A stretch of DNA of 64,000 nt from contig CAXXPJ010000003.1 in the NCBI GenBank assembly GCA_963674775.2, positions 1,585,733 through 1,649,732 on the forward strand, given 5' to 3'. Position 1 is the stretch's first letter. Every line of letters begins with the position of its first letter. This stretch comes from Christensenellaceae bacterium. GTDB taxonomy: Bacteria; Bacillota; Clostridia; Christensenellales; CAG-138. Below, in pieces: positions 1 through 9,034 of the stretch. The notes under the pieces are model-generated. The model was not told the DNA's origin, searched no databases, and saw only the letters and a program-made list of their open reading frames with translations. The position numbers and the translations under genes are program-made.

Positions 1-546
1 GCTTGCGAAACGGCGATCTCGGTCACGTTCCCCGCGGGCGGACTCGCCCCGGCGGGTGTGCCGCTGCTGCCGACGCAGCTGCTCGAGAGCGGGTTTTTGT
101 TCCTGCTCTGCGCCGCGCTGGTGCTCATCCTGAGCAAAAAGAAACCGTTTGGTACCGTCACCGCCTGGTATATGGTGCTCTACGGCGCATGGCGGTTCGG
201 GATTGAATTCTTCCGTGACGACGAGCGAGGGTTTATCGGCGCGTTGTCCACGAGCCAGTTCATCAGCATCTTCCTCGTCCTCGGCGGCATCGCGCTGCTG
301 GTGCTGATCCGAGCCGGTGTGTTCAAAAAGACGGTGCTCGATTTGCCGATGCCGGTAGAGGAAGAGCCGAAGAAGAAAAAGAAAACGGCCGAACCTGCGG
401 AGGAAACGCCGGAGCAAACGCAAGAGCCGAAACCGGAACAGCCGGAACAGCCGGAAGAACCCGAACAACCGGCAAAGCCGAAGAAACCGGCAAAACCCAA
501 GGCAAAGCCCGCGGCCAAGCCTGAGGAAAAAACGGAAGAACAGTAA
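1..546 (+). CDS. lgt: Prolipoprotein diacylglyceryl transferase, C-terminal part (5' end outside window), with a ~65-aa Lys/Pro/Glu-rich tail
   Basis: Frame 1 is open from base 1. The translation ...VPLLPTQLLESGFLFLL...WYMVLYGAWRFGIEFFRDDERG... matches the conserved Lgt C-terminal core. A hairpin terminator follows. Confidence 0.8.
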   Translation, partial: ACETAISVTFPAGGLAPAGVPLLPTQLLESGFLFLLCAALVLILSKKKPFGTVTAWYMVLYGAWRFGIEFFRDDERGFIGALSTSQFISIFLVLGGIALLVLIRAGVFKKTVLDLPMPVEEEPKKKKKTAEPAEETPEQTQEPKPEQPEQPEEPEQPAKPKKPAKPKAKPAAKPEEKTEEQ

Positions 547-559
547 AATACAGCAAATA

Positions 560-590
560 AAAAGAACCGCCTCTTGGCGGTTCTTTTTGT
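560..590. terminator. Bidirectional intrinsic terminator between convergent lgt and the zinc-ribbon membrane gene
   Basis: Stem GAACCGCC / GGCGGTTC with loop TCTT, flanked by an A-run upstream and a T-run downstream. Confidence 0.7.
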
Positions 591-606
591 TTATAAATTC
601 GTTTGA

Positions 607-1317
607 TCAGAAGTAAAACCGTTTCCGGATCTCCTCTTTCACCCGCGCCCTGCGGTTGAGCAGCAGCAGCGAGCAGGCGAGCACGAGACAGGGGAAGAGC
701 ACATAGAGCGACCAGGTCGGCCAGAAGAGATCGTGCATATACAGCCGGACGAAGAAATCGATTGCGACGACGAACAGCCCGATGCAGGTGAGCGCGAACG
801 TGAAGCGCACCAGCAACGGCATGCGGCACTTGGGCGAGGCCATCCGCGCGAAAAACCAGCACATCAGCGTCGCCAATCCCGTAATCGGGAGACCCAGCAG
901 CAGGAGCCAGCGCCAGTCGCTCTGCGTGAGCACACGGATGAGCAGCAGCAGCACGCCGACGGAGACCGCGCCGATCAAAGCGAGTAGTATCTTTGGTATA
1001 CGCGCGATCATTGGCAGCAAAAACACCGAAAAGAGCACCAGCTCGCCGCCGAGCACGAGATAGCTCCAGGTCAGCCCGCCCGAAACGAGGATGTTGGCGA
1101 GCATCGTTGCAAACAGCGGGATGAGCATCAAAAGCGAGATGAACGACGCGATATAGCGCCGGTCCACGCTCTTGTCCAGATGTTCCACATGGCTCGGATA
1201 CGGACGGAGCGGCTTTTCCTCCGGCACGTCGTTGGGGTTGAGAACCTCCGTCCCGCAGAGCGGGCAGCGCGGTTCGCTCTTTTGCAGCTCTACGCCGCAG
1301 TTGACGCAATAACTCAT
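607..1317 (-). CDS. Zinc-ribbon polytopic membrane protein (DUF6320-like)
   Basis: N-terminal CxxC...CPLC zinc ribbon (MSYCVNCGVELQKSEPRCPLCG) followed by about 6 hydrophobic helices. SD GGAGGTG lies 8 nt upstream. It is the last gene of a three-gene minus-strand operon. Confidence 0.75.
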   Translation of the reverse strand: MSYCVNCGVELQKSEPRCPLCGTEVLNPNDVPEEKPLRPYPSHVEHLDKSVDRRYIASFISLLMLIPLFATMLANILVSGGLTWSYLVLGGELVLFSVFLLPMIARIPKILLALIGAVSVGVLLLLIRVLTQSDWRWLLLLGLPITGLATLMCWFFARMASPKCRMPLLVRFTFALTCIGLFVVAIDFFVRLYMHDLFWPTWSLYVLFPCLVLACSLLLLNRRARVKEEIRKRFYF

Positions 1318-1371
1318 GGTTCAGGCACCTCCGGGTTGTGTGCGAAAAATCGGGTTTGAAACGAGGGCTTT

Positions 1372-2661
1372 TTAATCTCTCTGGTTGCTTTCCACTTTGA
1401 CGTGGATGCCGAGCTTGACCAGCCGCGTGAAAAATTCGCGCTCCAGCGTGGGCTCCACGATGGTTCGCGTAAAGTTGATGCGGAGCCGCCCGTTGTAGGT
1501 CAGCGCGGCGGAGCAGACGCGGTTGTTGGCCAGCGGGCCCAGGATGAAATCCATGCGGCGCACGTATTTCGCCATCTCGTCCGGCAGCTTTGCCACACCG
1601 AGGTTGCTCAGTGTGGTGGAGGAGAGCGCGTCTCCCACCTGCGAATAGACGTATTTGAGCGCCATGTTTTTGATAAACAGCGGCATGACCCGCAGTACGG
1701 TGTTGCGCTCGGAGCGTACGTTGGTCGTGATCTTGACGTTGAGCAGCTTTTTCGTGACCTCCATCGCCATGAAGTGGTGCACGAGGTTGAGCGTTTCGTC
1801 AAAGGTATATTCGCCGAGGCGCGGGTCGATGCCGGGGTTGACATAGTTTGCGAAGTTGCGCAGCGTCTTACTCGGAAAAACATTGCGCAGGTTGACCGGA
1901 ACGGAGATCTTCACCGGCGTATAATGATGAACACGCGGAACGTTCCTGCGCTGGATGGCGTCGATCGAAAGAATCAGCGCGGCGGTGAGGTATTCGGTGA
2001 TGCTCACGCCCTTTTCGCGCGCTTTGAGGCGCACATCCTCGGCGTTCATGGTGCCGGTGATGATGTGCACAAAACCGCTGCGCTCGTCGGTGCCCTTGAT
2101 ATGGTACGCTTTGACTTCCTTGCGGGTCTGCGTCACCTTGCCCGAGTGTACGGCGAAGCTGTCCTCCGCCTCGGCGGGGTCGGGCGCGGCGGAGCAGTCG
2201 AGAATCTTGTCGCTGCGCGGGATGTCCGCGCCGTATTTCAGGCGCAGGTATTCGGCAACGAGCGTCTGCAGAAACACCTGTCCGCCGGAGCCGTCGGTCA
2301 GCACATGGAAAAACTCCACGGCAATGCGGTTGTGATAGTATCGCACGCGCATGCAGAAACCGTCGTTTTCCTTGAGGCGCATGCGAACGCAGGGGTTGGC
2401 GACGTCTTCCTCAATTCGCGGCAAATCGTCGCTGTGCTCGAGATAAAACCAGAACAGCCCGCGCTTGAGTTTGTAAGCAAACCAGGGCAGGCGGCGCAGT
2501 GTGCGCTTTTGCGCAACTTCGAGGATATCCTCGTCTACGGGTTCGGTCAGCGTTGCCGACAGGCGGAAGAGCGCCGTCCAGTTGCGGTTCATCGTCGCGG
2601 GGTAGATGAGCGCCGCGTTGTCGAGCTTCATCCAGGTCTTCGGCTTTTTTGTCTTTGGCAT
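1372..2661 (-). CDS. HxxxD-motif acyltransferase (alcohol acetyltransferase / WS-DGAT / condensation-domain-like)
   Basis: 429 aa. N-terminus WMKLDNAALIYPA and motif FHVLTDGSGG (HxxxDG) are typical of this acyltransferase superfamily. SD AAGGAAA. Confidence 0.75.
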   Translation of the reverse strand: MPKTKKPKTWMKLDNAALIYPATMNRNWTALFRLSATLTEPVDEDILEVAQKRTLRRLPWFAYKLKRGLFWFYLEHSDDLPRIEEDVANPCVRMRLKENDGFCMRVRYYHNRIAVEFFHVLTDGSGGQVFLQTLVAEYLRLKYGADIPRSDKILDCSAAPDPAEAEDSFAVHSGKVTQTRKEVKAYHIKGTDERSGFVHIITGTMNAEDVRLKAREKGVSITEYLTAALILSIDAIQRRNVPRVHHYTPVKISVPVNLRNVFPSKTLRNFANYVNPGIDPRLGEYTFDETLNLVHHFMAMEVTKKLLNVKITTNVRSERNTVLRVMPLFIKNMALKYVYSQVGDALSSTTLSNLGVAKLPDEMAKYVRRMDFILGPLANNRVCSAALTYNGRLRINFTRTIVEPTLEREFFTRLVKLGIHVKVESNQRD

Positions 2662-2691
2662 AATCCGTTTCCTTATATACGAATTCGGCGT

Positions 2692-3600
2692 TTACAATTC
2701 CAAATTGAGTTCCATGCGGATAAACAGGGACATCTCCTCGAGCGCCTTCTTGCTCTCCGGCGTTCCGTAGAGCGGGTAGACGTGCCACATCCCCTCTTCG
2801 ATGACAATCGTGCTGCGCACATGCGCCTGCGTCAGCTTGCGCTGGAGCGTGACGGAGTCGGACAGCAGAATCTCGTCTCCGCCGGCAAACAGCAGGCAGG
2901 GGGGAAATCCGCTGACGTCGCCGAATACCGGCGAAACATATGGCTCGCATTCGCGCCCGGGCGCGTAGGCGTCCACGCAATGCTCCAGCACCTCTTTTAG
3001 CAGCGAAGGATCACGCAGCGCGTTGTTTTGATAGGATGCGCCGGACAACGTCAGATCCGCCCAGGGCGAAATCACGACGACGCACGCCGGCAGAGGGAGC
3101 CCTTCGTCCCGCAGGCGCATGACGAGGCTGAACGAAAGCCCGCCGCCCGCGCTTTCTCCGGCGACGGCGATGCGATCGGGCGCGTAACCCTGATCGAGCA
3201 GATAACGGTAGGCCGTGACCGCGTCGTCCAGCGCGGCGGGAAACGGGTGTTCCGGTGCGAGGCGATATGCCGCGCAGAAGACATTCAACCGTGTCTGCGT
3301 CGCAAGAAGTGCGCCAAAGCCCTTTGCATAGTCAAGCCCGCCTGCCGTGTAGCCGCCGCCGTGCAGATAGAGAATCGCGCGGTCGCAGGCCGCATCGCAG
3401 GCGTTGGAAACCGCAAAGCATGCGGAAAATGCATCGAACTCAACCAGGTTGAAGGAAACCTTCGCACCCAAAATTGCCGCGGAGACGCGGCCGAGTTGAT
3501 CCTGCGCGATGCGCATGGTATTAAAATCCGTAAAACGCTCGAGCGGCTTCACAAGGTGAAGCTGCGCTTTGAGCAATCGGGTCGCTAAAGAGAGTGGCAT
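2692..3600 (-). CDS. Alpha/beta hydrolase, hormone-sensitive-lipase-type esterase
   Basis: Oxyanion motif LHGGGYTAGG and nucleophile elbow GESAGGG. 302 aa. Confidence 0.85.
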   Translation of the reverse strand: MPLSLATRLLKAQLHLVKPLERFTDFNTMRIAQDQLGRVSAAILGAKVSFNLVEFDAFSACFAVSNACDAACDRAILYLHGGGYTAGGLDYAKGFGALLATQTRLNVFCAAYRLAPEHPFPAALDDAVTAYRYLLDQGYAPDRIAVAGESAGGGLSFSLVMRLRDEGLPLPACVVVISPWADLTLSGASYQNNALRDPSLLKEVLEHCVDAYAPGRECEPYVSPVFGDVSGFPPCLLFAGGDEILLSDSVTLQRKLTQAHVRSTIVIEEGMWHVYPLYGTPESKKALEEMSLFIRMELNLEL

Positions 3601-3792
3601 GCGGGAGTGTCCTCTCGTATGGGATACCTGTATAGTAACACATTTTACATGCAGCCACCCGAAATCTTTTTGAAACGAAAGAACGGCAGCAAAATGAATT
3701 TTACACGGTTTGTTTCAACGAAACATTAAGCGAAGGATCGTTTTCACACAAAAAGAAGGGCTCGCGCCCTTCTTGGGAAACGAAAGATGTAT

Positions 3793-3958
3793 AAACTCAG
3801 CCCGGGGGCCACGCTGGCAGACTGACGCCGAAACGATGTTTTTGTTTCGACGACAAAAACGCGCAAACTCTGCCCGGAGGCCACGCTGGCAGACTGACGC
3901 CGAAACGATGTTTTCGTTTCGGCGACAAAAAAACGCAAACTCAGCCCGGAGGCCACGC
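3793..3958. repeat. 72-bp-period tandem repeat that re-copies the last ~22 nt of the HIT gene, including its stop codon
   Basis: Motif (C)AAACTC(A/T)GCCCGG(G/A)GGCCACGC occurs at 3793-3814, 3864-3886 and 3936-3958; the last copy is the real gene end. The two intervening 47-nt segments are near-identical. Each carries a hairpin (3826-3852 imperfect; 3898-3924 perfect 10-bp stem CGCCGAAACG/CGTTTCGGCG). Confidence 0.85.
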
Positions 3959-4294
3959 GAGCATTCTTCCTCCCAGTATATGGAAGTGCAGATGCGGCAC
4001 GCTCTGCTGTCCGTCCCGTCCGCTGTTGACGACGACGCGGTAGCCCGTTTCGTTCACGCCCAGTTCCTTGACGAGATTGCTGATCACGCTGTATGCGTGA
4101 CCGACGATGGCTTCGTCCTCTTGCGCCAAATCGTTGACCCCGAGGATGTGCTTTTTCGGAATCACGAGTACGTGCACGGGTGCCTGCGGCTCGATATCCT
4201 GAATTGCGACGACTTGATCGTCTTCATACACTTTTTTCGCGGGAATCTCTCCCGCGGCAATTTTGCAGAAAATGCAGCTGCTCATTGGTTGCAT
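3941..4294 (-). CDS. HIT-family (histidine triad) nucleotide hydrolase
   Basis: Motif HLHFHILGG, N-terminus CIFCKI. The start is ambiguous between ATG 4294 and ATG 4285, with SD AAAGGAG just upstream. The 4339 start in the ORF track would overlap mtaB. Confidence 0.9.
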   Translation of the reverse strand: MQPMSSCIFCKIAAGEIPAKKVYEDDQVVAIQDIEPQAPVHVLVIPKKHILGVNDLAQEDEAIVGHAYSVISNLVKELGVNETGYRVVVNSGRDGQQSVPHLHFHILGGRMLAWPPG

Positions 4295-4335
4295 CAACTC
4301 CTTTTTATCTATTCTACTCCTGATTGCGCTTTGGT

Positions 4336-5607
4336 TCAATCAATGCGTGTGCCATATGCCGTTTCTTTTTCAAATCCGTCCAGGCGGATGCGGACGATCT
4401 CGCCCTCCGGCGCGTCGGTGCGCACGCGGATATAGTTGCCGCTGTAGCCCGTGCCGTCGCTCTCGGCGAGCACTTCTACAACACTGCCGGTCTGCGCGCG
4501 CAGATAGTTGCTTGTTAAGCGCTTGCCGAGCGAAAGCAGCTCTTTTGCCCGCGCTTCCTTGACCGATTTTGGCAGGTGCCCTTCCAGTTGCTCCGCCTTC
4601 GTGCCCTTGCGCAGCGAAAACGGGAACACATGCATCCGCGCAAACGCCGCCTTTTCGCAGAACACGAGCGTCTCCCGGTGCGCTTCGTCCGTTTCGCCGG
4701 GAAACCCCGCGATGACGTCGGTCGTGACCGCGCAATCGGGCATATACTGCCGCAGCAGTCCGATTGCATCAAGATACGCCTGTGCCGTATAGCGCCGGTT
4801 CATGCGCCGGAGCACCGAGTCCGACCCGCTCTGGAGCGAGAGGTGGAACTGTTTGCAGATCTTCGGGTTTTGCGAAAGCGTGTTTGCGACGTCCTTTGTG
4901 ACGAACAGCGGCTCGAGCGAGCCTAAGCGGATGCGGCGGATGCCGTCGGGGACGCTTGCCCGCGCGATGGCGTCCAGCAGCGTCTCGTCTTCGCTCAGAT
5001 CGCGTCCGTAACTGGCGAGGTGGATGCCGGTGAGCACGATTTCTTTATAGCCTTCTTCGGCGAGCGATTCTACCTCGCCGGAGATCTCCTCCGGCGGGCG
5101 CGAGCGCAGCGGCCCGCGCGCATACGGGATGATGCAATAGGAACAGAAGTTGACGCACCCGTCCTGAATCTTCAGCGTGGCGCGCGTGCGCGAATCGCGC
5201 ACGGCGGAGAGCGGCTCGAACGAGCGCATCTCATAGATCGGGGAAACGAACGACTCGCCGGACTTGGCGCGCAGCGCGTCGTTGACGCGGGAGACGATCT
5301 GCTTGCGCCCGTCGGTTCCGATGACGAGGCCGACGCCCTCCAGCGCGGAGACGCTCTCCGGCGCGGTCTGCGCGTAGCATCCGACGGCGACGACCAGCGC
5401 GTCCGGATTTTTCCGGTGCGCGCGCGCGAGCATCTGTCGCGATTTTGTGTCGCTCGTCTGCGTGACCGTGCAGGTGTTGACCACGTATACGTCCGCCGTG
5501 TCGGAAAAATCCACGATCTCCCAGCCATCCTGTACGAAGAGCTCGCGCATGGCTTCGGTTTCGTAGTGGTTCACCTTGCAGCCGAGGGTTGTCAATGCGG
5601 CTTTCAT
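4336..5607 (-). CDS. mtaB: tRNA t6A37 methylthiotransferase (radical SAM MTTase)
   Basis: N-terminus TLGCKVNHYETE, radical-SAM CxxxCxxC (CVNFCSYCIIP), C-terminal TRAM-like end. Synteny prmA-rsmE-mtaB matches B. subtilis prmA-yqeU-yqeV. Confidence 0.9.
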   Translation of the reverse strand: MKAALTTLGCKVNHYETEAMRELFVQDGWEIVDFSDTADVYVVNTCTVTQTSDTKSRQMLARAHRKNPDALVVAVGCYAQTAPESVSALEGVGLVIGTDGRKQIVSRVNDALRAKSGESFVSPIYEMRSFEPLSAVRDSRTRATLKIQDGCVNFCSYCIIPYARGPLRSRPPEEISGEVESLAEEGYKEIVLTGIHLASYGRDLSEDETLLDAIARASVPDGIRRIRLGSLEPLFVTKDVANTLSQNPKICKQFHLSLQSGSDSVLRRMNRRYTAQAYLDAIGLLRQYMPDCAVTTDVIAGFPGETDEAHRETLVFCEKAAFARMHVFPFSLRKGTKAEQLEGHLPKSVKEARAKELLSLGKRLTSNYLRAQTGSVVEVLAESDGTGYSGNYIRVRTDAPEGEIVRIRLDGFEKETAYGTRID

Positions 5608-5653
5608 CGTATAACTCCGTTGCGCATAATTGTAAGTATGTTCGTCAGCGTTG

Positions 5654-6373
5654 TCATGACTCCACCTCGTAGAGCACCTGCGCGAGCATCGCCATGCCTG
5701 CCGTTTCAGTGCGGAGGATGCGGCTGCCGAGGGAGACGCTGACCGCGCCTGCGTTTGTCAACAGCGCAACTTCGCTCTCCTCCAGCCCCCCTTCCGGGCC
5801 GATCAGCAAACCGATGCTCTTTAACTGAGGCGCGGCGCGGAGCGCCTGATTGAGCGTGCGCGCGATTTCTTCTTCATACGCTATTAAAAACAGATCGAAC
5901 TGCCTTACGTCGATCTGCTTGAGCTGCACAAGCGGCAGGACCTGCGGCACCAGCGCGCGGCGGCTCTGCTTTGCCGCCTCGAGCACAACCCGCGCGTAGC
6001 GCTCGCGCTTTTTTTCAAAATCCTTATTCGGCACGACTACGCAGCGCGCGGAGAGGACGGGTGCTGCGGCGAACATACCGAGTTCCGTGCATTTTTGCAG
6101 GATAGTCTCCATCTTGCCCGTCTTGGGCAGGCACTGGTAGAGCGTCACCCGCACGGGGCTCTCCGCGTTGCTTGTGCGCTGTTCGCCGAGCGCGCAGACG
6201 ACGGCGTCCGGCGAGACGGAGATGATCCGCGCGTCGTATTCATAGCCCGCGCCGTCACAGAGCGAGAGCGTGTCGCCCGCCTTCATGCGGAGCACCCTGT
6301 AGATATGGTGCGCGTCGTCGCCCTTGATGGTCGCGGTATTTCCAATGATGTTATCGCAGAAAAAACGGCGCAT
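5654..6373 (-). CDS. rsmE: 16S rRNA (uracil1498-N3)-methyltransferase
   Basis: MRRFF...GDDAHHIYRVLRMKAGD N-terminus and C-terminal GPEGG motif. Synteny supports the call. Confidence 0.9.
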   Translation of the reverse strand: MRRFFCDNIIGNTATIKGDDAHHIYRVLRMKAGDTLSLCDGAGYEYDARIISVSPDAVVCALGEQRTSNAESPVRVTLYQCLPKTGKMETILQKCTELGMFAAAPVLSARCVVVPNKDFEKKRERYARVVLEAAKQSRRALVPQVLPLVQLKQIDVRQFDLFLIAYEEEIARTLNQALRAAPQLKSIGLLIGPEGGLEESEVALLTNAGAVSVSLGSRILRTETAGMAMLAQVLYEVES

Positions 6374-6386
6374 GATTCAACCTCTT

Positions 6387-7349
6387 TTATGCGCGGAGCA
6401 GCATGGCGACCCAGCCCTCGCTGCGCAGAATGTGTTCAACGGTGAACCCATCGGTTTCAAGCGCGATCTTCACCTCGTCCTCCCGTTCGTCGATGATGCC
6501 GGAGACGATGAACGGCACGCCTTTTTTGCAACAGGTTTTCGCAAACGGCGCAAGCGCGATGATCACCCCCGCGACGATGTTTGCCGCGACGACGTCATAC
6601 GGCTTGCGGATGCCTGCGCGCAGCGTTTCGTCCTCTAATAGATCGCCGATGCGCACGTCGTACTGCGCGGCGTTCACGCCGTTCATCGCGGCGTTTTCGC
6701 GCGCAACGTGCTCTGCGACGGGGTCGATATCCACCGCGACGGCATTTTTTGCGCCGAGCAGCACGGAGGCGACGGAGAGGATGCCGCTGCCGCAGCCGAG
6801 ATCGAGCATCTCGTCGCCCGGCTTGACTGCGGTTTCGAGCAGCTCGAGGCACATGCGCGTCGTGTGGTGCTCGCCGGTGCCGAATGCCACGCCGGGATCG
6901 AGCTTGAGCGTCACCCTGCCCTCCGGCGCGGAGTCGTCCAGCCAGCAGGGCAGCACATACAGCCGCTCGCCGATGTTGAGCGGATGGTAGTAGGCTTTCC
7001 AGTTGTTCTCCCAGTCCGCGTCATCCATGCGGTTGACCAAGACGGAGAGCGAACCCGCGTCGTAGCCGAGGTCCGTTTCCCGCAGCCGCGCGATCTCGCG
7101 CTTGAGCGCATCCACAACGGGCGCGCTGTCGGCTACGTCCGCCACATATGCCTTGACGCAGGGCTCGTCTACGCCGACCGTCTCCACGTCCGCAAAATCC
7201 CAATAGATTGCGCGTTCGTTTAAAAACGCCATCGCGCGCTCGTGGCTCTCCTCAATGCTCACCTGATCCAGGCCCGCGTTGGAGAACGCGAGCGTCACCG
7301 CGTCCAGTCCCGCGTCGGTCGTGTAGACGCTCAATTCCAGCCATTTCAT
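6387..7349 (-). CDS. prmA: Ribosomal protein L11 methyltransferase
   Basis: MKWLELSVYT... N-terminus, SAM motif LDLGCGSGIL. The start at ATG 7349 was chosen because SD AGGAAAG lies 7 nt upstream. Confidence 0.9.
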   Translation of the reverse strand: MKWLELSVYTTDAGLDAVTLAFSNAGLDQVSIEESHERAMAFLNERAIYWDFADVETVGVDEPCVKAYVADVADSAPVVDALKREIARLRETDLGYDAGSLSVLVNRMDDADWENNWKAYYHPLNIGERLYVLPCWLDDSAPEGRVTLKLDPGVAFGTGEHHTTRMCLELLETAVKPGDEMLDLGCGSGILSVASVLLGAKNAVAVDIDPVAEHVARENAAMNGVNAAQYDVRIGDLLEDETLRAGIRKPYDVVAANIVAGVIIALAPFAKTCCKKGVPFIVSGIIDEREDEVKIALETDGFTVEHILRSEGWVAMLLRA

Positions 7350-7457
7350 ATTGAATCTTTCCTGTCCGTTTGCGCGCGTTTTTCGCGGCAAACCGTAGTA
7401 CCGTAGTCAGTATAACACCCGTCCGCGCGGTCGCACAACCGCCTGCGTTTCGGGTGA

Positions 7458-7486
7458 TTGACAAATACAGCCTCGTGTGGTTAACT
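7458..7486 (+). promoter_or_regulatory. Sigma-70-type promoter TTGACA-17-TTAACT, with the -10 ending 7 nt before the comEC ATG
   Basis: TTGACA 7458-7463, 17-nt spacer, TTAACT 7481-7486, ATG at 7494. No SD between them. Confidence 0.5.
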
Positions 7487-7493
7487 CGAACTG

Positions 7494-9019
7494 ATGTCAA
7501 AACAAAACCCGATCAAAAACACAACGGAGAAAGAACGCCGCGCCGTATCGGTGGGGTTCATTCGCGCGCCGCTGTTTCATGCGCGCCCGGTCGCCGTCGC
7601 CGCGGCGGGGCTGATGTTCGGGCTGCTGCTGGGCGACGGGCTGACGCTCGTTTTCGCAATGACCGTCATCCTCGTTTTGCTGCTGGTGGCGTTTGGCGCG
7701 AAGCTGCTGAAAAAAACGATCTGGGTTGTATTTTTGCTGAGTATGGCGGCCGGTTTTTTGCGCGTTGCGCTCGCCGCGCCGGCAGAGATTCCGGCGGGTG
7801 ACGGCGTTCTGCAGGGCCGTATTTGCGAGACGCCGGAAGCGCGGGAGGACGGGGAATGGCGCGTGCAGCTCAAGGACGCGACGCTCTCCGGCGCGCCGAT
7901 ACCGGGAAAGATCAAGCTCTATGCCCGCTTTGCCGAACCGCCCGCCTACGGGCAGATCGTCTCCGCCGACGCGGACGTGCTGCCCTCGGCGGACCAATAC
8001 CGACTCTACGACCGCTATCGCGGCGTGTTCTCTGTTGCGTTTGCAAACGGCGAGGCAAAGGTGCCTGGCAGTCCCCGCCGGATGCGTACGGGCGACTGCT
8101 CTCGCTGCGGGATGATATCGGCGGCAGGATCTCGGAACTCTTTTACAACGCGCCCGGGGAAGCAAAGGGCATGATGCTCGGCGACAAATCGGACATCGGC
8201 GAGGAAACGCTTTCGGCGTTTCGCGACACGGGCGTGGCGCATCTGCTCGCGGTGTCCGGCCTGCATGTCTCGCTGCTCGCGGCTGCGTTTTCGCTGCTCT
8301 TTCGCAGAAACGCATGGGTGCGCTTTTTTGCGGTCGCGTTGTTTTGCGCGCTGTATGCGGCTCTTACCGCGTTTTCCGCGCCGGTGGTGCGCAGCGGCGT
8401 CATGATGACCATCGGCCTGTTGGCTTTTCCGCTGCGGCGCCGGCTGGACGCGCCCAGCGCGCTCTCCGCCGCATTTGTGTTGATTCTGCTCGTCAATCCC
8501 TATGCGCTCTGGAGCGCGGGGTTTCAGCTCTCGTTCGTCGCGGTGCTTTCGCTGATTTTGCTGGCTCCCCTGTTTCAAAAACCGCTTGCGCGGCTCGGCT
8601 CCGTCGCGTCCGGCCTCATCGGCGCGAGCATGGCGGTTGTGATCGGCACGCTGCCGACCAGCGCGCTGTTCTTCGGGCAGGCGCAGCTGCTTTCGATTGT
8701 GACCAACCTCTTCGTCATCCCGCTTGCGGGGGTCTTTCTCGTTCCCGCGTTTCTTGGCGTGCTGCTTTCCTATATCTGGTATCCGCTTGGCAACACCGTC
8801 TGCTGGATCGGGCGCGTCGCGCTGGACGTCATCCTCGCCGTCGCGCGGTTCGGCGGCAGCATTACGCTGACGCTTCCGCCGCCGCCCGCCGCGCCGTATC
8901 TGCTGTGGCTGGGCGCGATGCTCTTTGCCTCGCGGCTGTGCCTGCGAAGCGCGAAGCGGCGCGCGCTGTACGCGGGCGTGCTGTTCGCCGTGTCCGCCGC
9001 GCTCTGGGCGCTTCTCTGA
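7494..9019 (+). pseudogene. comEC: ComEC/Rec2 DNA-uptake channel protein, frameshifted, with no metallo-beta-lactamase domain
   Basis: The N-terminal part is in frame 3 (7494-8174) and continues in frame 2 (..AYGRLLSLRDDIGGRISELF..MLGDKSDIGEETLSAFRDTGVAHLLAVSGLHVS..). The span of 1526 nt is not a multiple of 3. The shift lies near 8060-8080, which contains the C4 run at 8073-8076. Confidence 0.75.
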
Positions 9020-9034
9020 TACACATATCAAGGG

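Noticed and set aside
1402-3000. 532-aa ORF antisense to the acyltransferase and esterase genes; also 323-1309, 8015-9064, 42380-43312, 50021-51151 and similar
   Set aside because: All are antisense or out-of-frame shadows of well-supported genes in GC-rich DNA. None has an SD or a recognisable motif.
3793-3958. Repeat/spacer-like periodic structure that could be mistaken for a mini CRISPR array
   Set aside because: The 47-nt 'spacers' are near-identical to each other and the 'repeat' is the 3' end of the HIT gene. It is a tandem duplication, and no cas genes are present.
3710-4435. 241-aa plus-strand ORF with a repeated peptide (..ARRPRWQTDAETMF.. twice)
   Set aside because: The peptide repeat is just the 72-bp DNA repeat read on the wrong strand. 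The ORF runs antisense through the HIT gene.
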